Origin: Burkholderiaceae bacterium
GTDB taxonomy: Bacteria > Pseudomonadota > Gammaproteobacteria > Burkholderiales > Burkholderiaceae
NCBI GenBank assembly: GCA_947455485.1
Contig: CANGNV010000001.1
Coordinates: 39,781-103,780, forward strand
Length of the DNA: 64,000 nucleotides
Direction of reading: 5' to 3'
Shown piece by piece: positions 30,485 to 41,708 of this stretch (position 1 is the stretch's first letter; each line of letters starts with the position of its first letter). The translations under genes were made by a program, and so were the position numbers. The notes below the pieces were generated by a model that had not been told where the DNA came from, did not search any database, and saw nothing but the letters and a program-made list of their open reading frames with translations.

Positions 30485-31756
30485 CTAACCTAAGAACATT
30501 AATATTGCCGCGAGCGCCATCAAGGCTGTAGCAAACCACCCCAAAAATAATAGGATCTTTCCAGCGGTATGAGGCCCCATGACGGAGGCCTTGGAAGCCA
30601 GAACCAGAATCGCCACCATCAATGGCACAGCAACGACGCCGTTAATTACGGCACTCCAAAACAATGCCTTCATGGGACTAATGGGAGAGTACTGAATCAC
30701 GAGTGCACCCAATACACTGAGTGTAATTACTGCATAAAATCTTGCCGCATGCGAAGGCGTCTCTTCAAGACTTGCTGGCCAGCCAAATACTTCAGATAAA
30801 GCATAAGCAGCAGAACCTGCTAAAACTGGGACACCCATTAAACCTACGCCTAGAATTCCTAAAGAAAATAAGAGATAGGCAAAATTTCCAGCAAGAGGCT
30901 TTAGTGCAGATGCTGCCTGTGAGGCTGTATTGATATCATTAATACCGGCAGCATGCAAAGTCACAGCGGTAGCCAAAATAATGCAGTAGGCAGCCACATT
31001 GGAATACAGCATACCGCTCCAGGTGTCCCATTTCATCCGACGTAACTCAGACTTAATGGTGGCACTATTCTCAGAGAGTAAATCAACTTGATGGTGACCT
31101 TTCATCTCCTCAACCTCCTGAGAGGCCTGCCAGAAAAATAAGTAAGGGCTAATCGTCGTACCAAAAATTCCTACGATGACTGCGGCAGCTTCGGGAGTAA
31201 AGCTGAACTTTGGAAACAAAGTACTCCAGAGAACTTCACCCCAAGGAACATGCACCGTAAATAAAACCGCTGCATAAGCTAATAAAGACAGCGTTAACCA
31301 TCTCAGAAAAAATACATAACGGTGATATGGCACCAGTATTTGCAAGACGAGGGTAAGTATGACAAAGAAGGCTGTCATGATGTGCCAATTAATTCCAGTC
31401 ACAAGTTCGGCGACCTCACCCATGGCAGCAATATCAGCGGCAATATTTAAGACATTAGCAATGAGTAACAAAAGCACCAAACAGAACAGCACTGCAGACG
31501 GAAAGGTGGTTTTAATGTTGGCTGCCAAACCGCGTCCCGTCACCCGACCAATACGTGCGCACAAAAGCTGGATTGCCGACATTAAGGGGTAGGCAACTGG
31601 CATAGTCCACAACATATTGAGGCCAAACTGAGCGCCAGCCTGAGAATAGGTAACGATTCCGCTTGGGTCATCATCTGCAACGCCCGTCACTAATCCCGGC
31701 CCAACACGGGTTAAGGGATGAGCTTTAATGCGGGCCCAGATGCTGCGAATATTCAT
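30485..31756 (-). CDS. NRAMP-family divalent metal transporter
   Basis: GPGLVTGVADDDPSG (variant of DPGN), GTTISPYLFFWQ; about 11 TM segments. Confidence 0.85.
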   Translation of the reverse strand: MNIRSIWARIKAHPLTRVGPGLVTGVADDDPSGIVTYSQAGAQFGLNMLWTMPVAYPLMSAIQLLCARIGRVTGRGLAANIKTTFPSAVLFCLVLLLLIANVLNIAADIAAMGEVAELVTGINWHIMTAFFVILTLVLQILVPYHRYVFFLRWLTLSLLAYAAVLFTVHVPWGEVLWSTLFPKFSFTPEAAAVIVGIFGTTISPYLFFWQASQEVEEMKGHHQVDLLSENSATIKSELRRMKWDTWSGMLYSNVAAYCIILATAVTLHAAGINDINTASQAASALKPLAGNFAYLLFSLGILGVGLMGVPVLAGSAAYALSEVFGWPASLEETPSHAARFYAVITLSVLGALVIQYSPISPMKALFWSAVINGVVAVPLMVAILVLASKASVMGPHTAGKILLFLGWFATALMALAAILMFLG

Positions 31757-31886
31757 AAATGGCAAGGTGTAGGGTGTTCAATCACTTAAGCCTTATCAAG
31801 TTAGCACGAAATATCATCACGAATGAGTTTAATAAGTGAAAAGAGCGTTTTGGGCCTTTATTGAGATATCTTTATTAATCCAATAA

Positions 31887-31923
31887 ATAGATAAGTAATA
31901 TCTAAATTATTCATTATGCAAAT
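31887..31923 (+). promoter_or_regulatory. Putative OxyR binding site upstream of ahpC
   Basis: ATAG-N7-ATAT-N7-ATTC-N7-AAAT fits the four-tetrad OxyR spacing; OxyR commonly regulates ahpCF. Confidence 0.55.
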
Positions 31924-31989
31924 AAATAAATAGTCTCTAGAATGGTCCCTGTTGTGAATCAACTATTTCATTTTTTACAGGAGAAACCT

Positions 31990-32553
31990 ATGTCACTAAT
32001 TAACACGCAAGTTCCACCATTCAAGACCCAAGCTTTCCACAACGGTAAGTTTGTCACTATTTCCGATGAGACTCTCAAAGGCAAATGGTCAGTATTGATT
32101 TTCATGCCAGCAGCATTTACATTCAACTGCCCAACAGAAATTGAAGATGCAGCTGATAACTATGCAGAGTTCCAGAAGATGGGTGCAGAGGTATACATCG
32201 TTACTACTGATACACATTTCTCACACAAAGTATGGCACGAGACTTCACCTGCAGTAGGTAAGGCTAAGTTTCCATTGGTTGGTGATCCAACCCATACATT
32301 GACACGTGGTTTTGGTGTTCACATTGAAGAAGAAGGTCTCGCATTGCGCGGTACATTCATCATCAATCCAGAAGGCGTTATCAAAACAGCTGAAGTTCAC
32401 TCAAATGAAATCGCTCGCGATATCTCTGAGACATTGCGTAAGCTCAAAGCCGCTCAGTACACAGCAGCTCACCCAGGTGAAGTATGCCCAGCTAAATGGA
32501 AAGAAGGCGCAGCTACATTGACTCCATCTTTAGATCTCGTAGGTAAGATCTAA
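31990..32553 (+). CDS. ahpC: Alkyl hydroperoxide reductase subunit C (2-Cys peroxiredoxin)
   Basis: FTFNCPTE and GEVCPAKW motifs; AGGAG RBS before the ATG at 31990. Confidence 0.95.
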   Translation: MSLINTQVPPFKTQAFHNGKFVTISDETLKGKWSVLIFMPAAFTFNCPTEIEDAADNYAEFQKMGAEVYIVTTDTHFSHKVWHETSPAVGKAKFPLVGDPTHTLTRGFGVHIEEEGLALRGTFIINPEGVIKTAEVHSNEIARDISETLRKLKAAQYTAAHPGEVCPAKWKEGAATLTPSLDLVGKI

Positions 32554-32673
32554 TCATCGAAGTCAGCAGTAACTAGCAATCAATAGACTCTCTTCGGAGA
32601 GTCTATTGGGCAGGATGAGAAGCAGAAGCCCTGCCCAATAGACTCATCAAGATTAAATACCAAGGAATACATC

Positions 32674-34218
32674 ATGTTAGATGCAAACATCAAGGCCCAG
32701 CTCAAGGCCTATTTTGAAAAAATTGAAAGCCCGATTGTTTTAGAGGCTACTTTGGATGACAGCACCCAGTCAGCCCAGATGCTGGAGTTATTGAATGAGG
32801 TTGCCGAGCAATCCGCCAAGATCACAGTAAAAACCTCTGGTAGTAGCAAAAATATTCCTAGCTTTACTGTAGCTAAGGTTGATGAAGTTGCTCGCATTGC
32901 ATTCTCAGGTCTGCCAATGGGTCATGAGATGACTTCTTTCATCTTGGCTATTTTGCAATCAAGTGGCTACCCACCAAAAGTTGAGCAAGAGGTCATTGAG
33001 AGCATTAAGGGATTGGAAGGCAAGAAGCGCTTTCAGACATTCATCTCTTTGTCATGCCATAACTGCCCTGATGTCGTACAGGCCCTAAACCTCATGGCCG
33101 CACTCAATCCTAATATCGAACATGAAATGATTGATGGCGCCCTCTTTCAAGGCTTAGTCGATCAATATCAAATTATGGCTGTACCTACCGTGATTCTGAA
33201 TGGTGAAGTCTTTGGCCAAGGTCGTATGAGCGTTGAAGAAATTGCTGCAAAGTTAGATACCAACTCTTCAGCCCGCGATGCTGAGAAATTAAGCGCTAAA
33301 GCTGCTTATGACTCCCTCATTATTGGCGGCGGTCCAGCAGGCGCTTCAGCAGCAATCTACTCCGCTCGTAAAGGCATTAGAACTGGTGTTATAGCTCAGC
33401 GTTTTGGTGGCCAGGTTGCAGATACCGTAGGAATTGAGAACTTCATCTCGGTGAAGGAAACTGAAGGGCCTAAATTGGTCATGGCGCTTGAGCAGCACGT
33501 GAAGGAATATGACGTTGATGTCATGAACTTGCAAACCGCTAAGAGCTTAAGTAAGACTGGTGATGAAATTGCCATCACCCTAGAAAATGGCGCCATTCTG
33601 AAAAGTAAGACTGTTATTTTGAGTACTGGTGCACGCTGGCGAGAAATGAATGTGCCGGGTGAACAAGAGTACCGCGGTAAAGGCGTAGCTTACTGCCCAC
33701 ACTGCGATGGCCCCTTGTACAAAGGTAAACGCGTTGCTGTGATCGGCGGAGGAAACTCTGGAGTGGAGGCAGCAATTGATTTAGCAGGCGTCGTAAGCCA
33801 CGTTACCTTAATCGAATTCGATACTAAGTTACGTGCTGATGCAGTATTACAAAAGAAATTGAACAGCTTGCCCAATGTAACCATCATTACCAACGCTTTG
33901 AGTAAAGAAGTGTTGGGTGCTGATGGCAAGGTAACCACCTTGAGATATGAAGATCGCGCCAATAATCAGATGCACGATATTGCGCTTGAAGGCATCTTTG
34001 TGCAAATTGGTTTATTGCCAAATACCGATTGGCTCAAAGGTGTGATTGACCTATCCCCTCGCGGGGAAGTCATTATTGACGCCAAAGGAGAAACATCAAT
34101 GCCTGGAGTATTTGCTGCAGGAGATTGCACCACCGTGCCTTATAAGCAAATCATTATTGCCATGGGTGAAGGTGCAAAAGCCTCCCTCTCAGCATTTGAC
34201 TATTTGATTCGATCATAA
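32674..34218 (+). CDS. ahpF: Alkyl hydroperoxide reductase subunit F
   Basis: [21 protein letters not shown] and GGGNSG motifs. Confidence 0.96.
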   Translation: MLDANIKAQLKAYFEKIESPIVLEATLDDSTQSAQMLELLNEVAEQSAKITVKTSGSSKNIPSFTVAKVDEVARIAFSGLPMGHEMTSFILAILQSSGYPPKVEQEVIESIKGLEGKKRFQTFISLSCHNCPDVVQALNLMAALNPNIEHEMIDGALFQGLVDQYQIMAVPTVILNGEVFGQGRMSVEEIAAKLDTNSSARDAEKLSAKAAYDSLIIGGGPAGASAAIYSARKGIRTGVIAQRFGGQVADTVGIENFISVKETEGPKLVMALEQHVKEYDVDVMNLQTAKSLSKTGDEIAITLENGAILKSKTVILSTGARWREMNVPGEQEYRGKGVAYCPHCDGPLYKGKRVAVIGGGNSGVEAAIDLAGVVSHVTLIEFDTKLRADAVLQKKLNSLPNVTIITNALSKEVLGADGKVTTLRYEDRANNQMHDIALEGIFVQIGLLPNTDWLKGVIDLSPRGEVIIDAKGETSMPGVFAAGDCTTVPYKQIIIAMGEGAKASLSAFDYLIRS

Positions 34219-34243
34219 GATTTTCAAAGCACTCTAAATGTAG

Positions 34244-34275
34244 AAAAGCCCCGAATCACTCGGGGCTGTTTTATT
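34244..34275. terminator. Intrinsic terminator between ahpF and gdhA
   Basis: AAAAGCCCCGA-ATCAC-TCGGGGCTGTTTT between convergent genes. Confidence 0.75.
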
Positions 34276-34301
34276 TCAAAGGGGCGGCTTCCCGCGCATC
34301 A

Positions 34302-35576
34302 TTAGGGGTATAAACCCCGCATCTGCCGAGCCTTCAGAATACGCTCACATCCCACAATAAAGGTAGCAGTTCTCAAGCTAACATCATGCTTTTTGGCTAC
34401 ATCGCAAATGCCTTTAAATGCATCAACCATCAAGATATCTAGTCGGTTATTAATTTCTTCTTCTGTCCAGAAGAAACTAGAAAAATCTTGCACCCACTCG
34501 AAGTAACTTACAGTTACACCACCAGCATTGGCAATGACATCAGGAACAACAGTGATATTCATATCCCGCAAGATGTCATCCGCCTCTGGTGTAGTAGGTC
34601 CATTGGCACCCTCCACAATTAATTTCGCCTGAATGCTCGCGGCGTTAGCTGGAGTAATTTGAGACTCTAATGCAGCTGGTATCAAGATATCGCATGGTGA
34701 TGACCAAAATTGTTGACTCGTGATGGCCTCACCAGGAAAGCCATTAATCTCACGGGCAATTGAGACATGATCAAGCAAAGCATCGACATCAAATCCATTG
34801 GGGTTGTACAAAGCACCAGAGTGATCTTGAATTGCCACGACCTTAGCGCCAGCCTGAGCAAACAGACGAGCTGCATGACCACCAACATTACCTAGACCTT
34901 GGATTGCGATCCGCGCTCCAGACAGCTCACGATTCATTTGCCCATAAGCCTCTCTAGCCACTACGAATACACCTCGACCAGTCGCATCCCTTCTACCCAA
35001 ACTTCCACCGAGTGAGATTGGTTTTCCAGTAACAACCCCAGAGGTGGTGTAACCCTGATTGACGCAATAGGTGTCCATCATCCACGCCATAATTTGCTCA
35101 TTGGTATTAACGTCAGGCGCTGGAATATCTTTTTGAGGACCAATCATCATATTGATCTCACTGGTAAAGCGCCTAGTCATTCTCTCAAGCTCAGATTGCG
35201 ATAGCTTTTTAGGGTCAACACGAATACCCCCTTTTGCCCCACCAAATGGGACGTTCACAACTGCAGTTTTAATGGACATCCATGCTGATAAAGCGGTGAC
35301 CTCGGATAGCGTGACATCCGGATGAAAACGGATACCGCCCTTACCCGGACCTCGAGATAGATTGTGGTGAACGCGATAACCTTCAAAATGAGCAATAGTG
35401 CCGTTATCCAACTCGATAGGCACATCCACAATTAAAGATCGCTTGGGTCGCTTTAAAGTCTCGACCCAGCGTGTTAGCGGACCTAGATAAGGAGTGACAC
35501 GATCAATCTGTTCGAGATAAGTGCCCCAAGCACCAAGATTTTTAGGGTCTAAGTAAGATGCGATTTCATGGCTCAT
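34302..35576 (-). CDS. gdhA: Glu/Leu/Phe/Val dehydrogenase (glutamate dehydrogenase)
   Basis: [35 protein letters not shown] and [12 protein letters not shown] motifs. Confidence 0.9.
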   Translation of the reverse strand: MSHEIASYLDPKNLGAWGTYLEQIDRVTPYLGPLTRWVETLKRPKRSLIVDVPIELDNGTIAHFEGYRVHHNLSRGPGKGGIRFHPDVTLSEVTALSAWMSIKTAVVNVPFGGAKGGIRVDPKKLSQSELERMTRRFTSEINMMIGPQKDIPAPDVNTNEQIMAWMMDTYCVNQGYTTSGVVTGKPISLGGSLGRRDATGRGVFVVAREAYGQMNRELSGARIAIQGLGNVGGHAARLFAQAGAKVVAIQDHSGALYNPNGFDVDALLDHVSIAREINGFPGEAITSQQFWSSPCDILIPAALESQITPANAASIQAKLIVEGANGPTTPEADDILRDMNITVVPDVIANAGGVTVSYFEWVQDFSSFFWTEEEINNRLDILMVDAFKGICDVAKKHDVSLRTATFIVGCERILKARQMRGLYP

Positions 35577-35691
35577 AGGCGCTCCAGAAGGTGGCGTAAT
35601 TAACTTAAATACATATTACGCCTTAGATAGAGCAACAGACTTAATATCTAGATTCCCATATTGCTAATATGTTTAATTGGGGGTGCAAATT

Positions 35692-35727
35692 AAAAATCCC
35701 CCGAAAAGCTCCTCGGAGGATTTTTTT
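35692..35727 (-). terminator. Terminator-like hairpin downstream of the oxidoreductase
   Basis: AAAAATCCCCCGA...TCGGAGGATTTTTTT. Confidence 0.65.
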
Positions 35728-35748
35728 AGAACTCAATTGATAAATTTA

Positions 35749-38646
35749 CTACTTTGCTTGATGCGCCATCTGTAAAAGCTCTGCCAAATGCTTTACCTTA
35801 CGGCCAGTTTCTTGTTCAATCTGCTCTCGGCAACTAAAGCCATTGGTGAGGATGATTGTTTCTTGATCGGCAGCTCGGACAGCTGGAAGTAAAACCAATT
35901 CTCCAACGGCTTTAGATATCTCTACATGTTCAGGATTAAATCCAAATGAACCTGCCATGCCGCAACAACCGCTATCGATGTAATTCGCCTTTGCGCCCAA
36001 AGCAGCTAACAAGGCTACATCACCTTTGGTCCCAAATAAAGACTTTTGATGACAATGGGAGTGAACCAAAATATTGCAGTCTAGAGGTGGTGGTGTGTAG
36101 CCCTTCTCATGTAGGAAGTCTCCAAGCAAATAGGTGCTAGAAGCCAAGAGTTGAGCTCTTGGATCATGAGGGAAGAACTTTAATAGCTCATCCTTAAAGA
36201 CCGACATACAGCCAGGCTCAAGACCCACTACTGCGATAGGTGCATTTGGATCTGAGTTAATTTCATCTCCAATAGCGTCCAGAATTTTCTCTAGCTTTTG
36301 CTTGGCAAGATCCAAATATCCAAAATCATACAAAGGACGGCCACAACACAGCGGAGTCTTTGGCAGAGTTGCCTCAAAGCCCGCATGAGCCAGAACTTCT
36401 ACTGCCGCATTAGCGACCTCAGGATGAAAGTGTTCGCAGAAAGTATCTACCCAGAGAATGACTTTCTTCTGCCCAGTACTTGCACTCTTAGCTTTCTCAA
36501 ATTGCTTTCTGAAAGATTGGCTTGCAAACTTAGGCAAGCTACGCTCTTGTGCCACGCCTCCAACCCATTTAGCTAGACTAGATAGCACCGGTGTTTGCAT
36601 TACCCCATTGATAAGCCAAGAGAACTTGCTAGCTAGTGGCGCCCAATCACCAATCCGGCCCATGGTTAGAGCCTGACGAGGTCTGCTATTGGTCTCGTGA
36701 TAGTGCGATAAGAACTCCGCCTTATAGGAAGCCATATCGACGTGCGCAGGGCAATCCGACTTGCAACCCTTACAGGAGAGGCAAGTATCGAGAGCATCTT
36801 TAAGCTCTTCGCTTTCCCAGCCATCCTTAATCACTTCACCCTGGAGCATTTCCCAAAAGAGTCGTGAGCGTCCACGAGTGGAGAAGCGCTCTTCTTTAGT
36901 AGCGCGATAGCTTGGACACATCGTGCCAATTTTTTCACTACGGCACTTACCCATACCAACACAACGCTCGACTGCTCTCTGGAAGCCATTGCCTTCTTGG
37001 CTCAAGAAATTCAGGCGAGTCTTGATATTCACAACTTTGTATTCCGGACCCATGCGAAGGTTTTCATCCACGCGATATGGGTGAACTACTTTGCCAGGAT
37101 TGAGTTTGTTCTGCGGATCCCAGATGCGCTTGAATTCATGCATCGCACCCATTAACTCTTCGCCAAACATAATGGGCAGGAATTCTGCTCTGGCCTGGCC
37201 ATCACCATGCTCGCCAGTCAGCGAGCCGCCAAACGCAACAACTAAAGTCGCCGCATCACGGATGAAGGATCTAAATTTGGCTACACCTTCTGCAGAACGC
37301 AAGTTAAAGGTAATACGCGCATGAATACATCCATCGCCAAAGTGTCCGTAGAGCGAGGTCTCATATTCATAAGAGTCTACGAGCGCTTGGAAGGAACGTA
37401 GATACTCACCCAAGCGTGCCGGATCGACCGCAGCATCCTCCCAGCCCACCACTGGGTCAGGAGAATTCGGGTCAATAGATAAATGGGTAGCAGATGCCCC
37501 ATTCTCACGAATAGACCAAATACGCTTTTGTACTAATGGATCAGGCTCTAGCCAGGTTGATGGCTGCGGTCCCTTGGTTCGCGACTTGAAATACTCCTGT
37601 GCTTTTTCAGCCTGAGCTATAGCACCCTCAAGCGTGTCATCACCAAACTCCACGACTACCCAAGCATTTCCAGGGGGAAGCAAATCAATTTCAGCTTTAG
37701 CTAAATTACGCTCTTGCAAGCCACGAATAATTTTGTAATCCAAACCTTCAATCGCGATTGGATTAAAGGATTGGTATTCAGGTACGGCATCACCAGCCAA
37801 ATAGATGTCATCGAAACCTAACACCAAGACCACGCGCTTAGCAGGGCTCTTCACCAATCTCACTTTAGCAGCCAAAGTGAGTGCGCAAGTACCTTCGGTA
37901 CCAACCAATGCGCGTGCAACGTTAAAACCGTTCTCGGGCAAGAGTTGATCTAGGTTATATCCAGAAACGCGGCGCTTAATATTAGGGAAGCGCGCACGAA
38001 TTAAATCGGCATAGCGATCACGCAAGGTAAGCAGGTCTTGGTAGATCTGACCTTTTCGTCCACCAGCAGCAATAATTTCTTGTAACTCTTGATCGGATGT
38101 CGGGCCAACCCAAAAACGTTCGCCATCGTAAGTCAGAATTTCTAAAGCCTCGGTGTTCTCAAGCGTCTTGCCTGCCATCACTGAATGCGCACCACAGGAA
38201 TTATTGGCAACCATACCGCCTAAAGTGCAACGGCTATGGGTGGATGGGTCTGGAGCAAAAGTGAGGCCATGTAACTCAGCAGCATCGCGCAAGGAGTCAC
38301 AAATCACGCCTGGCTCAACAATTGCATTACCAGCAGCCGGATCCAAAGCAAGAATGTGATTGCAGTACTTAGAGATATCGAATACCACAGCGTTATTCAC
38401 TGTTTGGCCATTCATAGAGGTGCCCGCACCACGCATCAGCACCGGAGCCTTATTACGATGACAGATCTCAATACCTTTTACAAATTCTTCGGTATTTTTA
38501 GGAGTAACAACCCCAATCGGTATTTGACGATAATTCGAGGCTTCGGAGGCATATACGGCCTGATGGGCTGTATCGAAATGAACAGAGCTTCCAAGAGCTG
38601 CTGTGAGCTCAACGTTGAGCTGCTCCCACTGAGAAATACCACCCAT
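35749..38646 (-). CDS. FAD-binding and (Fe-S)-binding oxidoreductase (YdiJ-like), full length
   Basis: RGAGTS, NNSCGAHS, GHFGDGCIH, GEHGDG, CLSCKGCKSDCP and CCGMAGSFG motifs. Confidence 0.9.
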   Translation of the reverse strand: MGGISQWEQLNVELTAALGSSVHFDTAHQAVYASEASNYRQIPIGVVTPKNTEEFVKGIEICHRNKAPVLMRGAGTSMNGQTVNNAVVFDISKYCNHILALDPAAGNAIVEPGVICDSLRDAAELHGLTFAPDPSTHSRCTLGGMVANNSCGAHSVMAGKTLENTEALEILTYDGERFWVGPTSDQELQEIIAAGGRKGQIYQDLLTLRDRYADLIRARFPNIKRRVSGYNLDQLLPENGFNVARALVGTEGTCALTLAAKVRLVKSPAKRVVLVLGFDDIYLAGDAVPEYQSFNPIAIEGLDYKIIRGLQERNLAKAEIDLLPPGNAWVVVEFGDDTLEGAIAQAEKAQEYFKSRTKGPQPSTWLEPDPLVQKRIWSIRENGASATHLSIDPNSPDPVVGWEDAAVDPARLGEYLRSFQALVDSYEYETSLYGHFGDGCIHARITFNLRSAEGVAKFRSFIRDAATLVVAFGGSLTGEHGDGQARAEFLPIMFGEELMGAMHEFKRIWDPQNKLNPGKVVHPYRVDENLRMGPEYKVVNIKTRLNFLSQEGNGFQRAVERCVGMGKCRSEKIGTMCPSYRATKEERFSTRGRSRLFWEMLQGEVIKDGWESEELKDALDTCLSCKGCKSDCPAHVDMASYKAEFLSHYHETNSRPRQALTMGRIGDWAPLASKFSWLINGVMQTPVLSSLAKWVGGVAQERSLPKFASQSFRKQFEKAKSASTGQKKVILWVDTFCEHFHPEVANAAVEVLAHAGFEATLPKTPLCCGRPLYDFGYLDLAKQKLEKILDAIGDEINSDPNAPIAVVGLEPGCMSVFKDELLKFFPHDPRAQLLASSTYLLGDFLHEKGYTPPPLDCNILVHSHCHQKSLFGTKGDVALLAALGAKANYIDSGCCGMAGSFGFNPEHVEISKAVGELVLLPAVRAADQETIILTNGFSCREQIEQETGRKVKHLAELLQMAHQAK

Positions 38647-38917
38647 ATTCAATCCTTGTTAGATGCACTTACCCCCTATTGGGCAACGTACATTCTAACA
38701 ATTTCTGCTGTTTTGTGATTCCCAGCAGATTATTCAGATATGGTGAATTTATGCTCGTTTATGGCGTGGATTTTGCAATAAAGAAGGCCTTGGGAACCTC
38801 GGTGCACCAAACTACACCATCCTCTACTTGACCCATTTGGCAAATAGTCATAATCCGACCCAGGAATACCCACTCGACTTAACATTGCAAACCATTTCAA
38901 TTTTTACTGAGATAGCC

Positions 38918-39481
38918 TTATTTCTTTTTTGACTTTGGTGCCGCGCTATCTTTTTGTACCCCAGAAAACTGACTCATGTTTTCTACGCTCTTCTCAAAAC
39001 TAGTAAATGAATCCGCCATTGCTGCACGGATCAATTCGAAATTCTGAAGCGCATTGTTAAATGAGGTTTTGAATACAGAGGTATAGGGCTCGGTTCCTGC
39101 TGGAGCATTTTGAGTAGCTTCATTCACAAAATGAATTAAATCATGTTGCGATTCTTTAATCATCGTTTCCGCAATGTTTGCGATCTCTTTATTGCCACTA
39201 GCGAAAGCTTGAAAAAGTTGGGCCTGATAGTCGGCCACCTCTTTTGCAGCATCTTGCAATACCTCGGCATGCACATAATCAAAAGCCGCCTTGGGATCCT
39301 GCGTTTTCATGAGCTCTGCAACTTTGGCCTGCAATCGAGCAGATAGTTCTTGTGCAGCGCGTTGATTTAATTGGGCGATCTCCTGAGCACTTGTCAGCGC
39401 GGCTTGGCCAACCGCCTGGGCGGCTTTCATACCCTTGTTCTGATTTGCCATTGCACCTAAATCAAATGGATTCTTGCTCAT
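38918..39481 (-). CDS. phaP: Phasin-family PHA granule protein
   Basis: Ala/Gln-rich helical protein with LN, KTQDP and NAPAGTEP segments typical of Burkholderiales phasins. Confidence 0.75.
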   Translation of the reverse strand: MSKNPFDLGAMANQNKGMKAAQAVGQAALTSAQEIAQLNQRAAQELSARLQAKVAELMKTQDPKAAFDYVHAEVLQDAAKEVADYQAQLFQAFASGNKEIANIAETMIKESQHDLIHFVNEATQNAPAGTEPYTSVFKTSFNNALQNFELIRAAMADSFTSFEKSVENMSQFSGVQKDSAAPKSKKK

Positions 39482-39576
39482 TTGCACTCCCTTATTTAAT
39501 CAGTGATTTTTTCAATCTACTCCCGAATGATTGGCAAGGAGATAGAGAAATACCACTAGAGAGACTGGAAGAAATG

Positions 39577-39604
39577 AAAAAGAGCGCCCTCAGGCGCCCT
39601 TTTT
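39577..39604 (-). terminator. Intrinsic terminator
   Basis: AAAAAGAGCGCC-CTCA-GGCGCCCTTTTT downstream of the PPIase gene. Confidence 0.65.
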
Positions 39605-39620
39605 CATCGTTTAACTTGAT

Positions 39621-40439
39621 TTAACGTACGACGATAGTGGCACCCTGACGCAATTGGGACAAGAATTCAAACTGCTTCTTCTGCATCAAACCATTACGAA
39701 TGGCTGCTTTAGCCTGCTCAAAAGTTGGTGGCTTGCTGGACTTTTTATCCTCCAGCTTAATTAAATACCAACCTTGCGGCATCTGGATTGGCGCTGGAGA
39801 AACCTGACCTTTAGAAAGAGTTGTCAGAACGCTAGCAATTTGTGGCAAGGTCTGACCTGCCTGCACCCAACCTACAGCGCCACCCTGAACTTTATTTGGG
39901 GCCAATGAAACGCTCTTAGCCACTTTATCGAAAGACTCACCTTTTTTAATTCTGGCCAAGGCAGCTTGTGCATCAACCTCAGTAGCAACGGCAATATCAC
40001 TCACCTTGTATTCCACAATCGCGCCTTGTGACCCTAAGGAAGCAATCTCGCGGTTGTACTCCGCTTGAACATCTGCATCACTCACAGGATTTTTCGACAT
40101 ATAAGTTGATAGCTCCAGGTCTGCTAAATAATTTTGACGAATCATAGCCAGCTGACTATTGGCTCTATCAGAATTTGCAAGGCCATCTTTATCCGCTTGT
40201 TGTGACAAGAGGGAAATTTCAATCATCTTTGCCAAGACTGCCTTGCGAAGCTCTGGAGAATCTTTTTGGCCTTGAGACAAAGCTGCTTGAATACCTTGCT
40301 CAACAACGTCATTAGTAATCACGTATCCATTAACAGAGGCGGCCGCATTAATCGGCAACGAGTTCTGAGCATGGGCCGCCGTAACAGAACCTAAGGCTAT
40401 TACAGCGCTTGTAAGGAAACGAATGGAATGTAATTTCAT
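39621..40439 (-). CDS. Periplasmic parvulin/PpiC-type peptidyl-prolyl isomerase
   Basis: Signal peptide; GESFDKVAK.VS, GG.VGW and PIQ..QGWYLIKL motifs. Both parvulin His positions look substituted. Confidence 0.8.
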   Translation of the reverse strand: MKLHSIRFLTSAVIALGSVTAAHAQNSLPINAAASVNGYVITNDVVEQGIQAALSQGQKDSPELRKAVLAKMIEISLLSQQADKDGLANSDRANSQLAMIRQNYLADLELSTYMSKNPVSDADVQAEYNREIASLGSQGAIVEYKVSDIAVATEVDAQAALARIKKGESFDKVAKSVSLAPNKVQGGAVGWVQAGQTLPQIASVLTTLSKGQVSPAPIQMPQGWYLIKLEDKKSSKPPTFEQAKAAIRNGLMQKKQFEFLSQLRQGATIVVR

Positions 40440-40487
40440 GGGAACTCTTTTCTAAAATGTAGAAGCAATATTAACAGTTAGGTCGAA

Positions 40488-40805
40488 CTAGAAGGTAAAG
40501 GTCGCAGGTATTGGCTCGAAGGGTGCAGCAGATTCAACCTCCTGCGCTTCAGCCTGCTCTTCACCATCTGGATTTTTGACATAGCGTGAATCAAAAGGTA
40601 CTTTGGGTTTTTGGCTAACAGGCGGCGGGTCTAAGTAAACCGGGCCCGAGGGGGTCTCCATCGGCGCAATAGGCTGATTATTAAACTCTTGGATTTGCTC
40701 GGGAGTATAGGGCGAGAATGTCTGCGCATTAACAGCTACGGGAACTGCAATGCTAAAAGTGATCCCGAAAATCAAACACGCTTTAAGCCGAATGGAATGA
40801 TTCAT
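40488..40805 (-). CDS. Hypothetical exported Pro-rich protein
   Basis: Signal peptide ending AVNA; co-oriented with neighbouring genes. Confidence 0.55.
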   Translation of the reverse strand: MNHSIRLKACLIFGITFSIAVPVAVNAQTFSPYTPEQIQEFNNQPIAPMETPSGPVYLDPPPVSQKPKVPFDSRYVKNPDGEEQAEAQEVESAAPFEPIPATFTF

Positions 40806-40824
40806 ACATCTTTCTTGGTTGTAC

Positions 40825-41598
40825 TTAGGCCAGCAAGCCATCAGCGATTAATTTAATACTAGCTACTAATAAGAAAAATTGGACAATGATGTAATACCAC
40901 TTAGCTGAAATCCTCTTGGCCAAATAAAAACCTAGATATACCCCTACAGGCACTAATGGCAGCAAGAGTATTGAGGTGGCCAACTGATTAAAGTTCAGCA
41001 AATCCAGATAGGCGTATGGGACTAATTTGCCAAAATTAATTACCGTAAAAAATATACCCAATGTTGAGGTGTACACCATTGGTGAAACCTTCTCTCTCAG
41101 CATATAAATTGTGATTGGCGGGCCACCTATATGCGCAATAAATGAAGTAAAACCAGAAACTCCCCCCATCAACCTTCCAAGCCATGGGAATGGTTTAGCT
41201 TCCTTTAGATTCAAGCGCGCGATCACCAAACTTTGTATCAAAAAGAGTAAGGTAAAGATGCCGATAGAAAGCGATAGGATTTTCGGGGTAATAGAGGAAA
41301 AGAAGAGGTAGCCTAAAAGCATACCAAATGCAGCTGGCAATAGGACTAGCTTTAGTATTCTCCAATCAGCATTTCTAAGAAATCGTCGTAATCCCACTAA
41401 ATCAATTGCAATCAACAGTGGCAACAGAATTGCTAAGGCCTCATTGATGCTGGACTGGCTTGCCATCAGCGGCAAAGACAGAACCCCCAAGCCGGCACCA
41501 AACCCACTTTTAGAGATTCCCACGATGATGACGCTAATAACCGCCAATACGAAGAAGAGCGGAGAATGGTCGTTGAAAGCCTGAACCAAAGAAATCAT
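40825..41598 (-). CDS. TauE/SafE-family sulfite exporter
   Basis: GISKSGFGAGLG and SFIAHIGGPP repeat motifs; 8 TM segments. Confidence 0.85.
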   Translation of the reverse strand: MISLVQAFNDHSPLFFVLAVISVIIVGISKSGFGAGLGVLSLPLMASQSSINEALAILLPLLIAIDLVGLRRFLRNADWRILKLVLLPAAFGMLLGYLFFSSITPKILSLSIGIFTLLFLIQSLVIARLNLKEAKPFPWLGRLMGGVSGFTSFIAHIGGPPITIYMLREKVSPMVYTSTLGIFFTVINFGKLVPYAYLDLLNFNQLATSILLLPLVPVGVYLGFYLAKRISAKWYYIIVQFFLLVASIKLIADGLLA

Positions 41599-41708
41599 GA
41601 GGGAATTGCCAAGTACGATAGGGTGGAGGCTCATTTTAGAGCTAAAACACAGTGGAGGTGGTTATAAAAAGGTATCCTGAAGAGAGGAGCCTCGCCTATA
41701 TCTAACTG

